Virus record (IMG/VR): IMGVR_UViG_3300005253_000017
Coordinates: 1-64,000 of that record
DNA length: 64,000 nucleotides
Direction: 5' to 3' (one strand)
Origin: a virus
This document shows positions 40,090-50,835 of this stretch, one piece after another. A model generated the notes under the pieces. That model was not told where the DNA came from. It made no database searches and saw nothing but the letters and a program-made list of their open reading frames with translations. Made by a program: the position numbers and the translations under genes. Position 1 is the stretch's first letter. Every line of letters starts with the position of its first letter.

Positions 40090-41043
40090 ATGGAAGGGGA
40101 AAAGATGAAAATTCTATTATGGGGCGATGGGCATTTACGGGTTCGGACACCGCAGGGCCGGACCGATGAGAATTTCATGGAAACTTGTCTTGGCAAAGTT
40201 CAGCAGATATTGGAAATCTGCATTGTAGAAAAATGCGATGCTATGATACAGACTGGGGACTTCTTTGACTCACCAAACCCTAATGGTGAATTGGTTAGCG
40301 AAGTCATCGCACGTCTTCGATGGCAAAAAGAGGAACTTGAAAAATGCCGCTTCTTTGTAATACATGGACAGCATGATTTGTCATATCATACTGAAGCCTC
40401 TATGAGACGGTCGATGTTAGCAATTTTGGCTGCTGCTGGAGTAGTTATCCCCCTTCGAGTTGGAAATGGATGGTGGGATAGAGGCGATAAGGAACATTTC
40501 TCAGGTTCTTGTTTCGGTCAGGAAATCCTCCCCGTGACATTGACATCAGGTAATACGTTTGAAGTCCTCGTCGCCCACGTGATGGTCGGCGACCGCCCGT
40601 TGTGGCCTGGGCATGACTTGACCGGACCAAAGCAGTTCATGCGGAAGCATCCTGGATATGACCTCTACGTGCTGGGTGACTATCACTATCCGTTTTCCGT
40701 TCAAGTAGGAAATATCTGGGCCATCAACCCCGGAGCCATGCTAAGATTGACTAGAAGCAAGAGGGACCGGGAACACCGGCCGAAGGTTGTCATCTTCGAC
40801 ACCGAGACACGAGAGCCAAGGGATATCTACCTAAATGTAGAACCGGCAGAAAGTGTGTTTATTGAGAAGGATGAACCAATGGAGCAGGACGAACATAGGT
40901 TTGACGAGTTAGTGAGCAAACTCAAGGAAACCGGCGAAATCGGCGTATCGTTTGCTGACAACCTCGCCGCCCATTTTGAGGCCGATGACACGCCGAAAGA
41001 AATTCGAGAGAAAATCCTGGAACACCTGACGAGCGGGGTATAA
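40090..41043 (+). CDS. SbcD/Mre11-like metallophosphoesterase nuclease
   Basis: GDGH, TGDFFD, HGQHD, LGDYH, NPGAMLR. Confidence 0.85.
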   Translation: MEGEKMKILLWGDGHLRVRTPQGRTDENFMETCLGKVQQILEICIVEKCDAMIQTGDFFDSPNPNGELVSEVIARLRWQKEELEKCRFFVIHGQHDLSYHTEASMRRSMLAILAAAGVVIPLRVGNGWWDRGDKEHFSGSCFGQEILPVTLTSGNTFEVLVAHVMVGDRPLWPGHDLTGPKQFMRKHPGYDLYVLGDYHYPFSVQVGNIWAINPGAMLRLTRSKRDREHRPKVVIFDTETREPRDIYLNVEPAESVFIEKDEPMEQDEHRFDELVSKLKETGEIGVSFADNLAAHFEADDTPKEIREKILEHLTSGV

Positions 41044-41049
41044 TAGGGT

Positions 41050-41322
41050 ATGAGCGACATAACCAAGAAGACCAAGGAAGCAAAGATAGCCCTCGACAAG
41101 GCCAGGACGAAAAGGGCCGAGTTGATAGGCCGTCGAAAGCAACTGCTGGAGACATTGGGCACCAAGTGGGGCATCGGCACGGTTGAGGAAGCCGAGAAAC
41201 GGATAGAGACCTTAGAGGTTGATACCGAGGAAAAGGAAGAGCAACTTCGGGAACGGGTATCTGACCTTGACGATATGATGGCAGAGATGAAAGGAAACGG
41301 CAATGGATGCGAATCAAGTTAA
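41050..41322 (+). CDS. Coiled-coil protein, possible middle piece of split SbcC
   Basis: 90-aa heptad-rich helix between sbcD and the SbcC C-terminal ORF. Confidence 0.5.
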   Translation: MSDITKKTKEAKIALDKARTKRAELIGRRKQLLETLGTKWGIGTVEEAEKRIETLEVDTEEKEEQLRERVSDLDDMMAEMKGNGNGCESS

Positions 41323-41706
41323 CGATGTCATTGACAAGCTCGCAGACAAGATGGGTATGGCGGCAGATAAGGTGCAACCATTGGCCGAACGGGTTGTTTC
41401 TGAATTTCAATCTCAGGCAACCGTAACGGCAATATGCTGTGGAATATTGGTAGTTATTGGTATTGTCTTGCTGCCATTCTTGCTTCGCATGGGAATTCGA
41501 GCGACAAAAGAAGAGAGGATTATTAAAAATCCTGGCGGATATTATGAGGGGCGTGGATATCCAGGACGGGCAAGTGCCCGAATGGCTGTAGGATTCGCTT
41601 CCAGTATTATAACTACAATTCTTACATTCGTTTGTGCTGTGGAAACGATTATTCATGTTCGCCATGCTGTTGCCCCCACCTATTATCTCTTACAAGGATT
41701 GCTGGG

Positions 41707-42330
41707 TTGACTAACCTACAACAACATTCAGAGTTTCTGATAAAGACTTTGGCGGAGAGGGACCGGCTCCAACAGGAGCTTGACAAGACCTCCCGTGGGA
41801 AGGAGAATGCGCTGTCAGGTGTGCTGTTGAGTGGGAGGGCCAGGGATATTGTCAATTCTGTTTTAGTTCTGACACAGGAGAAAGTTTGCACTTTTGTAGA
41901 GGACGTGGTCTCCCTGGCCCTCTCCGTAGTTTATGGTGATGAGTACAAGTTTGAGCTGGAATTCGATGTCAAGCGAAATCAGTCCGAGGCCACGCCGTGG
42001 ATTCTCAAGGACGGCGATAGATTCTCGCCGAGGGAAGAGGTGGGCGGCGGAGTGCTGGATGTTACATCGTTATCTCTGAGGTTCGCTTTCTGGTCCCTAA
42101 TGGTCCCCAAGCCTGCCCCGGTGTTTATACTGGACGAACCGGGGAGATTTCTGTCGAGGGACAAGCAGGGGCAGTTCGGGAGGATGCTGAAGGAGCTTTC
42201 CGAGATGCTGGGCGTCCAGATAATCATGGTAAGTCACAGTACGGATATAATAGAACAGGCAGATAAGGCATACGAGGTCGTTCAGGAGAACGGCGTGAGC
42301 AAATGCCTACCGATAGGAGAAATGGCATGA
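41707..42330 (+). CDS. SbcC/Rad50-like ATPase, C-terminal part
   Basis: Signature-like EVGGG, Walker B FILDEP, H-switch MVSH. Start placed at TTG 41707 (ORF track start 41632). Confidence 0.8.
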   Translation: MTNLQQHSEFLIKTLAERDRLQQELDKTSRGKENALSGVLLSGRARDIVNSVLVLTQEKVCTFVEDVVSLALSVVYGDEYKFELEFDVKRNQSEATPWILKDGDRFSPREEVGGGVLDVTSLSLRFAFWSLMVPKPAPVFILDEPGRFLSRDKQGQFGRMLKELSEMLGVQIIMVSHSTDIIEQADKAYEVVQENGVSKCLPIGEMA

Positions 42331-42646
42331 AGGTAAGAAAGAAAATCAGTAAGAAGGCTTTTATGAAACTGGGGCTTTCATCGGGAGTTAAGGAACTCTT
42401 TGAAGAGACATTCAAGGGACAATGGCCAATATCTATCCAAAGGGCCGTGAAATTTGCCTATGGAACCCTTGGTGATGCTTTCATGGGACTCGAAATAATG
42501 AGGTGGGCATTGACGGGGACGCCAGAAGAGGTTCGTTGGCAATATAGGAATATGGCTATTAAGAATAAACAGAATAATGGTCCCTGTTACTCACGAAACA
42601 GAGACATTAGGCGAGCATATAAAAGAAACGATCTAAGGTTTGCAGG

Positions 42647-43189
42647 ATGAGACTCAGACTCAGTATGGACAACTATCTCTGGAAGCTAGCCTTTCAAGTG
42701 GCCGAGCGTTCCACATGCGATAGGTTCAAGGCCGGGTGCGTGGTGGCCAAGGATGGAGTTATCGTAGCGACCGGCTACAATGGGTCGGTGGACGGGGAGC
42801 CTCATTGCGATGAGGCGGGACATGAATTGATTCACGTGATGAATTTTTCAGCTAATTCAGAAGACAATATCATCACACATGGAGATACTATTGTCGCTCA
42901 CTGTATTCGCACCATCCATGCCGAAATCAACTGCATCATCAACGCGGCAAAGGTTGGGCAGTCCCTGGAAGGATGCGATTGGTATCTCAATGGTGTGCCG
43001 TGTAAGCCCTGCTCTATGGCGATTGCCAGGCTATATCCACACAGAATCTTTTTTCCCTCTGACATATATCCCGCCGAGGGTATAATAGAGTGGTGGCAGA
43101 ATCGATTAGGCAGAGGTCCGTTTGTTACACCACGCGAAATCATTACAAAACCGTCAAATAGTCTCAAAGAAATAGGAGTCATGGAATGA
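42647..43189 (+). CDS. dCMP deaminase family protein
   Basis: RSTCDR, ATGYNG, HAEINC, PCKPC. Confidence 0.9.
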   Translation: MRLRLSMDNYLWKLAFQVAERSTCDRFKAGCVVAKDGVIVATGYNGSVDGEPHCDEAGHELIHVMNFSANSEDNIITHGDTIVAHCIRTIHAEINCIINAAKVGQSLEGCDWYLNGVPCKPCSMAIARLYPHRIFFPSDIYPAEGIIEWWQNRLGRGPFVTPREIITKPSNSLKEIGVME

Positions 43190-43388
43190 AACACTGGGAT
43201 AGGTTAGAATTGGCGACGCAGAACAAGGTGTGGGATATTCTTCGACAAAGCCCAGATGCAAGCGTAGATCGTTTTTCTACTCATAGCTTAGAACATCTTA
43301 TAGACGACCTGATTGACGTGCTATTTGACGACGACCGTCTTGTAGAGGAAATGAAACAGTTGTATGAAACCAGGAAAGGAATTCAGAT

Positions 43389-43697
43389 ATGAAGAAGGTA
43401 ACGATGTGCGTAGTATTGATGGCAGTCCTCGTGGGGCTGATGGGTTGTGCCAATATCCCGACCGGTGTGAAGTCTGCCCTCTACACGGCGGAAATCACCC
43501 TATCGGAGACGGTGAAGGACGCCGAGGCCGGGACGAGGGAGCCGTGGGCTATCCCCCCAGATTCTACCCCCGAGGAAGTCTTAGGTTCCCGCCTGGAGCA
43601 AGTGGAACTGCTGCTTAAGACAATGGAACAGGCGGCCAAGAACCTCCAGGCGGTCTCGAACTTTTTCCGCACAGGCAAGGAAGCACCAGGAGAATAA
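43389..43697 (+). CDS. Putative lipoprotein
   Basis: MKK plus hydrophobic stretch plus LMGC lipobox. Confidence 0.6.
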   Translation: MKKVTMCVVLMAVLVGLMGCANIPTGVKSALYTAEITLSETVKDAEAGTREPWAIPPDSTPEEVLGSRLEQVELLLKTMEQAAKNLQAVSNFFRTGKEAPGE

Positions 43698-44008
43698 CAT
43701 GATCGAGCAAGGAGACTATTTCGTGGTGCAACGCGGATATCGGAGTTATATCGATATCGGTGGGTGTTTCGTTTACGACCGTTCTTACATGGGGTGGGTG
43801 TTCAAGGTAGTCGTAATCAGCGGAGAGATGGTCGTCTGCGATTGCGTCCATGTTTCCAACCCCGAGAGAGACTACCAGCGCAAGCAGATCGGTGAACGGT
43901 TCAACCTCAACAAGCGTGAACTTGACCTGCACCGTGTAGGCCAAGGCTACCTCGACGCGCTGGAGATCAAGCCCACACCGCAGAGGAAGGGCATCAGCGC
44001 GTGTAATT

Positions 44009-44464
44009 ATGAATAACATCTTGCTAACCATGATGGTCTCCTTTTCGGTCGGTGGATGCGGTACGGCGGGCGGTGTTGTATTGAGGAATGTCGGTGACCC
44101 CGGCATAACCCTTAATGCCCCTGCTGCCCGTCGTGCCCTAGACTTACTTCGCCAGCACGAGTCGGTGAATGGAACCCAGATGGTGGGCGATGGCGGACTC
44201 GCCCAGGGATGGCTGGGTCAGCATGAGGCCAACTGGAACGAGGGCTGCGAGTACATTGGCCAAGACTGGCAGTGGCCGGAGGATACGCGAGACCTCTGGA
44301 AATGCGAGATGGTGGCAATGGCTTATTGGTGTAAGTATTCGCTGGAGTACCTCGATAGAACCGAGGAGCTGATACGACGACACAGACTTCCGTTCGCACC
44401 CTACCGAATTGACAATGACACCTATTTGAGGAGAGTATTATCGTGGCAGAAAATGAAGGACTGA
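44009..44464 (+). CDS. Lysozyme-like (SLT/destabilase-like) muralytic enzyme, putative endolysin
   Basis: RQHES...VGDGGLAQG.LGQH...W motif; N-terminal signal-like segment. Confidence 0.5.
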   Translation: MNNILLTMMVSFSVGGCGTAGGVVLRNVGDPGITLNAPAARRALDLLRQHESVNGTQMVGDGGLAQGWLGQHEANWNEGCEYIGQDWQWPEDTRDLWKCEMVAMAYWCKYSLEYLDRTEELIRRHRLPFAPYRIDNDTYLRRVLSWQKMKD

Positions 44465-44832
44465 CAAGCGACCTGTCGCAAGCAATCGCCACCAAGCTTA
44501 TCGAGCTGATGCAAGAGATGTTCGATGATGAACAGGAAATCTTTGACATCGTGAAACCCATCATTCCCGCCCTTGTGGGATTGGGCATTCAGGAAGGGAT
44601 TGAGGCTGCGGAAACAGCCCTAGCCGGTCTTGGCGAGGATGATACATATCTAGCCTGGAAGACAATCATTCAGGCCAGTAGTCCGGAAGGCCGCATCGAC
44701 ATCATGGAGCGAACCCGGCAGATGGCGATTGAGGATAAGATTAAGAAGCTAAAACAGGAGAAGGCAAGATGGGACGTACTCAAACTTTCATTGCGAATAG
44801 CTGTCTCTATGTTGGGCTTGCTGTTGCTCTAG
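44443..44832 (+). CDS. Hypothetical protein with C-terminal hydrophobic segment
   Basis: Overlaps both neighbours; ends LRIAVSMLGLLLL. Confidence 0.55.
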   Translation: MAENEGLTSDLSQAIATKLIELMQEMFDDEQEIFDIVKPIIPALVGLGIQEGIEAAETALAGLGEDDTYLAWKTIIQASSPEGRIDIMERTRQMAIEDKIKKLKQEKARWDVLKLSLRIAVSMLGLLLL

Positions 44833-45281
44833 TCGCTCTGTCCGGCTGTGACGGTGTAGAGAAGGATGCCTTTAAGGCCGATGTCAACGCCGAGATAAAG
44901 GCCAAGATTGCCTCACCTGAGTTCCAGGCGGCGTTGGCCAGGGATATCAAGGGCAAGATTGAGTTTCGGCTTGAGCAGGAACTGAAGCAATCCGTGGGAC
45001 AGCAGACGGGCGGACTGAACATAGGGATGATAACTTTGGACACATCCTGGCTGACTTGGCTGTCGCCGATTCTGTTCGGTCTGTTGGTATTCATCTGGTT
45101 GAGGAAGCGGAAGGCTATCAAGACGGTGGATATGCTAGTGAAGGGCATTGACGACGAAGCAATTGAAAGATTGGAAAGCCCTGCTCCTGCTAGAGAACGA
45201 TTCCGTTCAATGGCCCTATCGAGAGGACTGGAAAAATTCCTGAGAAAGAGAATCAAGAAAGTACGAAAGTCCCGTCGTTGA
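44769..45281 (+). CDS. Lipoprotein with additional TM helix (spanin-like candidate)
   Basis: LVALSGC lipobox; WLTWLSPILFGLLVFIWL TM followed by RKRK. Confidence 0.5.
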   Translation: MGRTQTFIANSCLYVGLAVALVALSGCDGVEKDAFKADVNAEIKAKIASPEFQAALARDIKGKIEFRLEQELKQSVGQQTGGLNIGMITLDTSWLTWLSPILFGLLVFIWLRKRKAIKTVDMLVKGIDDEAIERLESPAPARERFRSMALSRGLEKFLRKRIKKVRKSRR

Positions 45282-45835
45282 TTACCTCATCGGGTATCCT
45301 ATTTCCCTTAGAAGGATTCACCGAAGACGACGTGACGCTAGAGGACATCGCCTACCATCTATCTATGATAAGCAGATGGAACGGGGTAATACAAAAGCCG
45401 TTTTCCGTTCTGGAGCATTGTCTATACTGCGAGGAACTGGTGCGACATAGCTTTTATGGTGCATCCGTTACAACACGACTTTATGCTCTATTACACGATG
45501 CACACGAAGCATATACCGGAGATATCCATACCGCCCTCAAAAAGAAGTGCCCCTATATCGAGGAGTTTCAGCAACGGCTGGATATTGTCATTTACAAGAA
45601 ATTCGGTATCGAACCCCCCGATAAGCTGATTCTGCCTACAATTGAATGGGCGGACCGGAAGGCCAAGCTTGGAGAGGCATATCAATTCTTACCTCGTGGG
45701 GCGTACAAGGCAATTTTAGGCGATAAGAAACCCCCGGAACTGTTGCCTATCGGGTGCTCATATGGTGACAAACGAGAGAAGGCCCGACAGAGGTATACTA
45801 ACACATTGAAGGGGTTGCTTGGTGAGATTAAGTGA
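45278..45835 (+). CDS. HD-domain phosphohydrolase (YfbR/YfdR-like)
   Basis: DIAYHLS..SRWNG, FSVLEH, ALLHDAHEAYTGDI. Confidence 0.85.
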   Translation: MITSSGILFPLEGFTEDDVTLEDIAYHLSMISRWNGVIQKPFSVLEHCLYCEELVRHSFYGASVTTRLYALLHDAHEAYTGDIHTALKKKCPYIEEFQQRLDIVIYKKFGIEPPDKLILPTIEWADRKAKLGEAYQFLPRGAYKAILGDKKPPELLPIGCSYGDKREKARQRYTNTLKGLLGEIK

Positions 45836-47133
45836 ACAAGAGTCTTCTTCTTCTCTGTCAAGAGGCTAAGGTTGAACCCCTTGGCTTGATGCATCTTGCG
45901 GCGGTATCGGAGGACGAGGGCTGGGATACGACAATTAAGCCAGTAGATTTCAATGAAGGATTTTATAGTGAGGATGTAGCATCTGATATTATAGGATTTT
46001 CTCTCTATACTGGAATTCACAAACGGGCATATCAATGGATGGGTCGTCTTCGTGAGATTGGCCGAAGAGTTATCGTTGGCGGTCCTCATGCATCCTACTT
46101 TCCTAAGGAATGTGCTGAGCACGCCGACGTGGTAGTGGTCGGAAGGGGACAGGAACCCCTGAGACAAATCCTTAGCGGGAATATGAAGTCAAAGATTATC
46201 TGTGGTAACAATACAGAGCCCCTATCAATACCGTCAAGGAAGGGATTCTACGCCAACTATCCAGATTATAAGGCAAGCCCCATCAAGTCGATGATGGCAA
46301 GTCTGGGGTGTCCCTATAAATGTAGCTATTGTTACAATAGCATGAAGCGGATATTTCCTCACCGGTCCCGCGACGTTGGCGACCTCCTAGTAGAACTGGA
46401 ACAACTGGAAAATCTGTCTCAGGAAACACAGCTTATCTACTTCCAGGATGATGTATTTGGCATGGACCTGACTTGGCTTCAGGAATTTGCCGAGCGATGG
46501 TCATTCCCCTATCATGCCCAGACACGTATCGAATTCCTAGACCCGCAGAAAGAATCCGCCCGCAAGAGGATAGCGTTATTGAAAAAGTCAGGATGTACCG
46601 GATTGACTGTGGCTATAGAGACGGCCAATGAGACAGTGCGCAAGGATGTTCTCGGTAGGACAATGACTAACGAAGCTTTCTTTCGGGCATTCGATTGGCT
46701 ATCTATGCGGAACTTCAAGGTAAGAACGGAACAGATGCTGGGATTGCCGACGCCCGATCCACTGGAGACGGACCTAGATACTCTAAAAATGAACGTGGAA
46801 CTAAGGAGAGAGACGGGTTTGCCGACAATGGCCTGGGCGTCGGTTTTCGTTCCCTACAAGGGCACAGAGATATGGCGATACTGTAAGGAGCACGGATACT
46901 ATAATGGGGAGAACGATGACGCTCCGGCGAGCTTCTTTGAGAAATCAGTATTGAATTTCTCCGATGACTGCAAGGACCGCATGAAGTGGTTAGCCGATAA
47001 TTTTCATCTTTTGGCATTGATTCCGAATGGCCACAAGGTAGCGAGACAAGCGGTGTATAATGATATGAAGGACTTGGCGAGTTTGACCAAGTATCACCTG
47101 TATGACTCGGAACTGTATGGAGTGAAGAAATGA
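45832..47133 (+). CDS. B12-binding radical SAM protein
   Basis: EPLGLMHLAA, VGGPHAS, GCPYKCSYC, FQDDVF. Confidence 0.88.
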   Translation: MNKSLLLLCQEAKVEPLGLMHLAAVSEDEGWDTTIKPVDFNEGFYSEDVASDIIGFSLYTGIHKRAYQWMGRLREIGRRVIVGGPHASYFPKECAEHADVVVVGRGQEPLRQILSGNMKSKIICGNNTEPLSIPSRKGFYANYPDYKASPIKSMMASLGCPYKCSYCYNSMKRIFPHRSRDVGDLLVELEQLENLSQETQLIYFQDDVFGMDLTWLQEFAERWSFPYHAQTRIEFLDPQKESARKRIALLKKSGCTGLTVAIETANETVRKDVLGRTMTNEAFFRAFDWLSMRNFKVRTEQMLGLPTPDPLETDLDTLKMNVELRRETGLPTMAWASVFVPYKGTEIWRYCKEHGYYNGENDDAPASFFEKSVLNFSDDCKDRMKWLADNFHLLALIPNGHKVARQAVYNDMKDLASLTKYHLYDSELYGVKK

Positions 47134-47418
47134 GCCATGATAACCGATTGTGCCCGCGGTGCGAAGCCCTGGCCGTAATGTTCTCGGACCATGAGGTAAA
47201 TAATACCACTGGTATGGGCCTGAGATGCGCGAACCGATGCGGTTGGATTTTGACTATGAAGGATGTTCAGAAACGATTAGACGACGCGATAGAATCTCTA
47301 CGTTGGTTGGTACACTTGCATTCAGGAGTAAGTAAATCCGGAGGGAAGCCAAACAGCGATGAATGGGCAGAAGCCATTAGTGTAGCGTGTTCGGAATTAA
47401 ACAGAGCGGAGTGAAAGA

Positions 47419-48303
47419 ATGACGGAAGACAAAAAGAAAACAATGGTAGCCTCGCCGTTCGTCGGCGAACTTGGCTGGGAATTGTTCACGTGGCAGCCGG
47501 TGATGAGGAACCATTTCCTCCAGAGTGGCTGTGACCGAATGGTAGTCTACACGGACCAGCCGGGTAAGGAGAGCATCTACCAGTTCGCGGATGAGGTTCG
47601 GGTGATGGATAACGTGCCCTCCCATGAATCCGAATGCATGTTATGGCACAACTTCAACGAGGGTTTCAAGCTGGAACTGGATGCCCTGATAAAGGAAACA
47701 CTAAAGCTGGGCAAGGAGGAATTCGGCGAGGACACGCAGTTCTTCACCTACGCGATGTTCCAGCCGAAGTTCAACTACGAATTCTATGAAAGAGGAGCCC
47801 CAGATTTGCTGAGGGCGGACCCGAATTTTGCCTTCGAGGCCGTTCGCATAAAGGATGCCCCAGTAATTGCTCTCTGCATCCGAGACCGGCCGATGAGTGA
47901 CTATCGAAATTGGGAATTCGAGAACTGGTACGAGCTGGCCGACCTGCTGTTGGCGGACGGATACAATGTTATGGCATTGGGCCGTATACGAGACTTGGCC
48001 GAGTGGAATATGCCAGGGGGCGTCATGGACCTTGTAAACAAGACGAGTATCAACGACGCCATTAACTATATGTCAGGATATTGCGACTTGGCCGTGGGCG
48101 GTGGAACCGGTCTCCACCATATCGCCTCCCGCTGCGGCAAGGACCACATGGCCTGGGGAACCGAAAGGACCCAGCTGAGGCTCTGCGAGACTAACTGGTT
48201 TGGGGCCAAACAGCACTGCTATGTCTGGGGATGGGACCCTGATGTGGACCAGGTGTACGAATACGTTTCCCACTTCCTGACCCAAGGAGAATTCAAGCCA
48301 TGA
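47419..48303 (+). CDS. Putative glycosyltransferase (GT9-like GT-B fold)
   Basis: PFVGELGWE, RNWEFENW, DLVNKTS, GGGTGLHHIASRCG. Confidence 0.6.
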   Translation: MTEDKKKTMVASPFVGELGWELFTWQPVMRNHFLQSGCDRMVVYTDQPGKESIYQFADEVRVMDNVPSHESECMLWHNFNEGFKLELDALIKETLKLGKEEFGEDTQFFTYAMFQPKFNYEFYERGAPDLLRADPNFAFEAVRIKDAPVIALCIRDRPMSDYRNWEFENWYELADLLLADGYNVMALGRIRDLAEWNMPGGVMDLVNKTSINDAINYMSGYCDLAVGGGTGLHHIASRCGKDHMAWGTERTQLRLCETNWFGAKQHCYVWGWDPDVDQVYEYVSHFLTQGEFKP

Positions 48304-49043
48304 CAGACAGACCGCAGGTAATGCTGACATTTGACGACGGAACGGCGGACCATTTCGACGTTGCTCACCTCCTAAACGACTATGGATTAAAGGGTACATT
48401 CGGAATTGTTACGGATAAGATAGGCGCTGTTGGGTTCCTACTGAGAGAGACCGTATCCCAAGACATGAAGGATATGGGTCACTGCATTTGTAACCATTCT
48501 AACACACACTCATGGTCTGGTAACGGTCAACCAAAGCCCGGCGTGCCCGTCCTTGACAAAGACGGACTGACTGCCGACTACCTGGAGGCCAAGAAGATGC
48601 TCAATGATGTGGGTCTCCACGGCGACATCCTGATGCTGCCTTTCGGTTCTACCAATGTAACCGGACCCGATCACCTCCAGGAACTGAAAGAGGAATTCCG
48701 CTGGATACGGATGACGATAGGGACGCCGGTGCCGGAGAACCTTGGATGGTGGGCAATGACAGGCGGCAAGAGACTGTATCCAAGTGGATATAATGATCCA
48801 GTGATAGGTATTACAGCTGCAGCTGATGTCCGGCATCCCAACGCCGTCAGGGAGGCCGTGGACAACGCCATAGCCTGCGGGTCGCTGGCCGTGCTGGTCT
48901 ACCATAGGGTATGCCACGTGGTGGGCGATACGATGGACGTGACCTGGAAACGCTTCCAGCAAGACATAGACTACATCGCGGATAGGGCAGGGGCTGGCGA
49001 GATTGATTGCGTAACGCCATTGGATTTGGTGGGAGAAAAGTAA
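48300..49043 (+). CDS. Polysaccharide deacetylase (NodB/CE4)
   Basis: LTFDDG, NHSNTH, PFG, LVYH. Confidence 0.85.
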   Translation: MTDRPQVMLTFDDGTADHFDVAHLLNDYGLKGTFGIVTDKIGAVGFLLRETVSQDMKDMGHCICNHSNTHSWSGNGQPKPGVPVLDKDGLTADYLEAKKMLNDVGLHGDILMLPFGSTNVTGPDHLQELKEEFRWIRMTIGTPVPENLGWWAMTGGKRLYPSGYNDPVIGITAAADVRHPNAVREAVDNAIACGSLAVLVYHRVCHVVGDTMDVTWKRFQQDIDYIADRAGAGEIDCVTPLDLVGEK

Positions 49044-49971
49044 TGGACTTATGCTCAAAATACATGAGAGACCCATCTGAAAAACCGGAATGGGAATACA
49101 GTGTACCTTGCTCAATATGTGGGGTTGATATCATAACGGGCTGTAATATAATCGACCCATCCCCAGATGCATGTCCCAACTGTTTCTATGAGGGAAAGCT
49201 TTGGGCTGCCCAGCAAGCATTCAAGAGCAAACAAAAATGAATCCGGGAGAGAAGTGATGAGAACGTACAACGCAATGAAAGCGGCTAAAAATTTGCTGTC
49301 ACGAGCAACTTGGCGACGCGCTTATGTTTATGAGGAAGATACAGCCAAAGCGGAAGAGAGCATTGCCAAGGTGCTAAGGAAGGCTTACAAGGCCGGGCGA
49401 AGGGATGAACAGGCAGATAACATGTTTCAATTTTCCCCACTCTTACAAGTTACTGATGAAGACGGAAGGCATTGGTTCGACGGTCCCGAACTGGGTAATT
49501 GTGAACTCTGTGGTTTATCCGGGCATGGAGGCGAGCATTTTATCAACGGTGGAGTAGTTTGCGACAACCCAGATGGTCCGTGTGCATGTGGTGCTTGGCA
49601 TCATAATGGAAAACCTCATTAACAAAAGAGACAAAGATCAATGAGCCATAGAAATAAACACAGCAAGGGCAGGCGACGGCGAAAAGTAGGCTCCACAAAG
49701 CGCCGGAACCGCCGAAAGCAGAGGAAGGACAAGTAACATGGCTAATAGTGAAATCCCTGCCAATAATCCGATACAAGGAAAGGGTTGGAAAAAGATATTC
49801 GATGAGGACACAGTAAAAAGAGTATGCGAACAGATAGCTGATTGGGATAACTGGGAACATGAAGAGTTCTTCGATTTAGCATGGGCAGGTGAAAAGCTAG
49901 ATGAGAAACCTAAGGCTGTTCATCGCATGGTACAGTTTATCATGACGCGTGCAAACGATGAGATATAGATT

Positions 49972-50835
49972 ATGAGATACGCTGTAGGCATACCGACGTG
50001 CGGGCGAGAAGAACTACTGTGGACTACGCTGCGGGCGTTTGTCAATCAGGACCATCCACCGGAGCGGATATTCGTGGTAGACAATAATGATGACCACTAT
50101 GCCGAGTATTCGGAGTATTGTGTTGCCGATCCTGGGAAGCCCGTTTATTGTAACACCAAGATGTGGAAACCACCAGAAGACCTACAGGATAAAGTCACTA
50201 TTGTTGGAAATGACTACTTCGTATTCGGTGATTCAGCAGGAGGCCAAACAGCCCTGCGGCATATGACGGAGGCCAAGTTCGATGTGGGCATACGATGGGA
50301 CGACGACCTTGTGCCGGAGCCCGACTGCATCGGCAAGTTGGTCAAGCTCGTTATGTATACGAACACACCCGTGGCTGGGGGCATGTATCCGTCAAACAAC
50401 CCAGACTATCCGAATCCTGATATTAAGTTGCCGCACTCCACCGGCATGTCTTTCCGTGACGAGGGCGGGGGTATTCATTCAGGCGACGGACACCGAAAGC
50501 ATCTGCAGTTTTTCCGCTGGGAGGGCCGCAATCGATTACTGCCAGCGAACTACTTGTATTCATCCTTTGCGTATGACATCAAGACGGCCAATCTTGTCGG
50601 TGGATTCTGTATAGAATACTCTCGTCACTCATTCCGAGCCGATACCGACTTCGCGATGAGAATGAACAAGGTGAAGCCTCCCCTGATGATCGATACGTCC
50701 GCCGTCGCCATCCATCATTGGGGCGAGGGTGGGACGAGGACGATCAAGGACGAGGAGAAAACGGAAATGATGAATCACGACTTAGAGTTGTTCGCTCGCC
50801 GGATGAGGAGTATGGGAATCAACCCGGACTACTGA
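49972..50835 (+). CDS. Glycosyltransferase family 2
   Basis: IPTCGR, VVDN, WDDD, VGGF...DTDF. Confidence 0.85.
   Translation: MRYAVGIPTCGREELLWTTLRAFVNQDHPPERIFVVDNNDDHYAEYSEYCVADPGKPVYCNTKMWKPPEDLQDKVTIVGNDYFVFGDSAGGQTALRHMTEAKFDVGIRWDDDLVPEPDCIGKLVKLVMYTNTPVAGGMYPSNNPDYPNPDIKLPHSTGMSFRDEGGGIHSGDGHRKHLQFFRWEGRNRLLPANYLYSSFAYDIKTANLVGGFCIEYSRHSFRADTDFAMRMNKVKPPLMIDTSAVAIHHWGEGGTRTIKDEEKTEMMNHDLELFARRMRSMGINPDY

Noticed and set aside
45278-45835. DatZ/2-aminoadenine (Z-genome) system
   Set aside because: An HD hydrolase and PolA are present, but no PurZ or MazZ is seen in the window; the motifs fit generic YfbR/YfdR-like enzymes.
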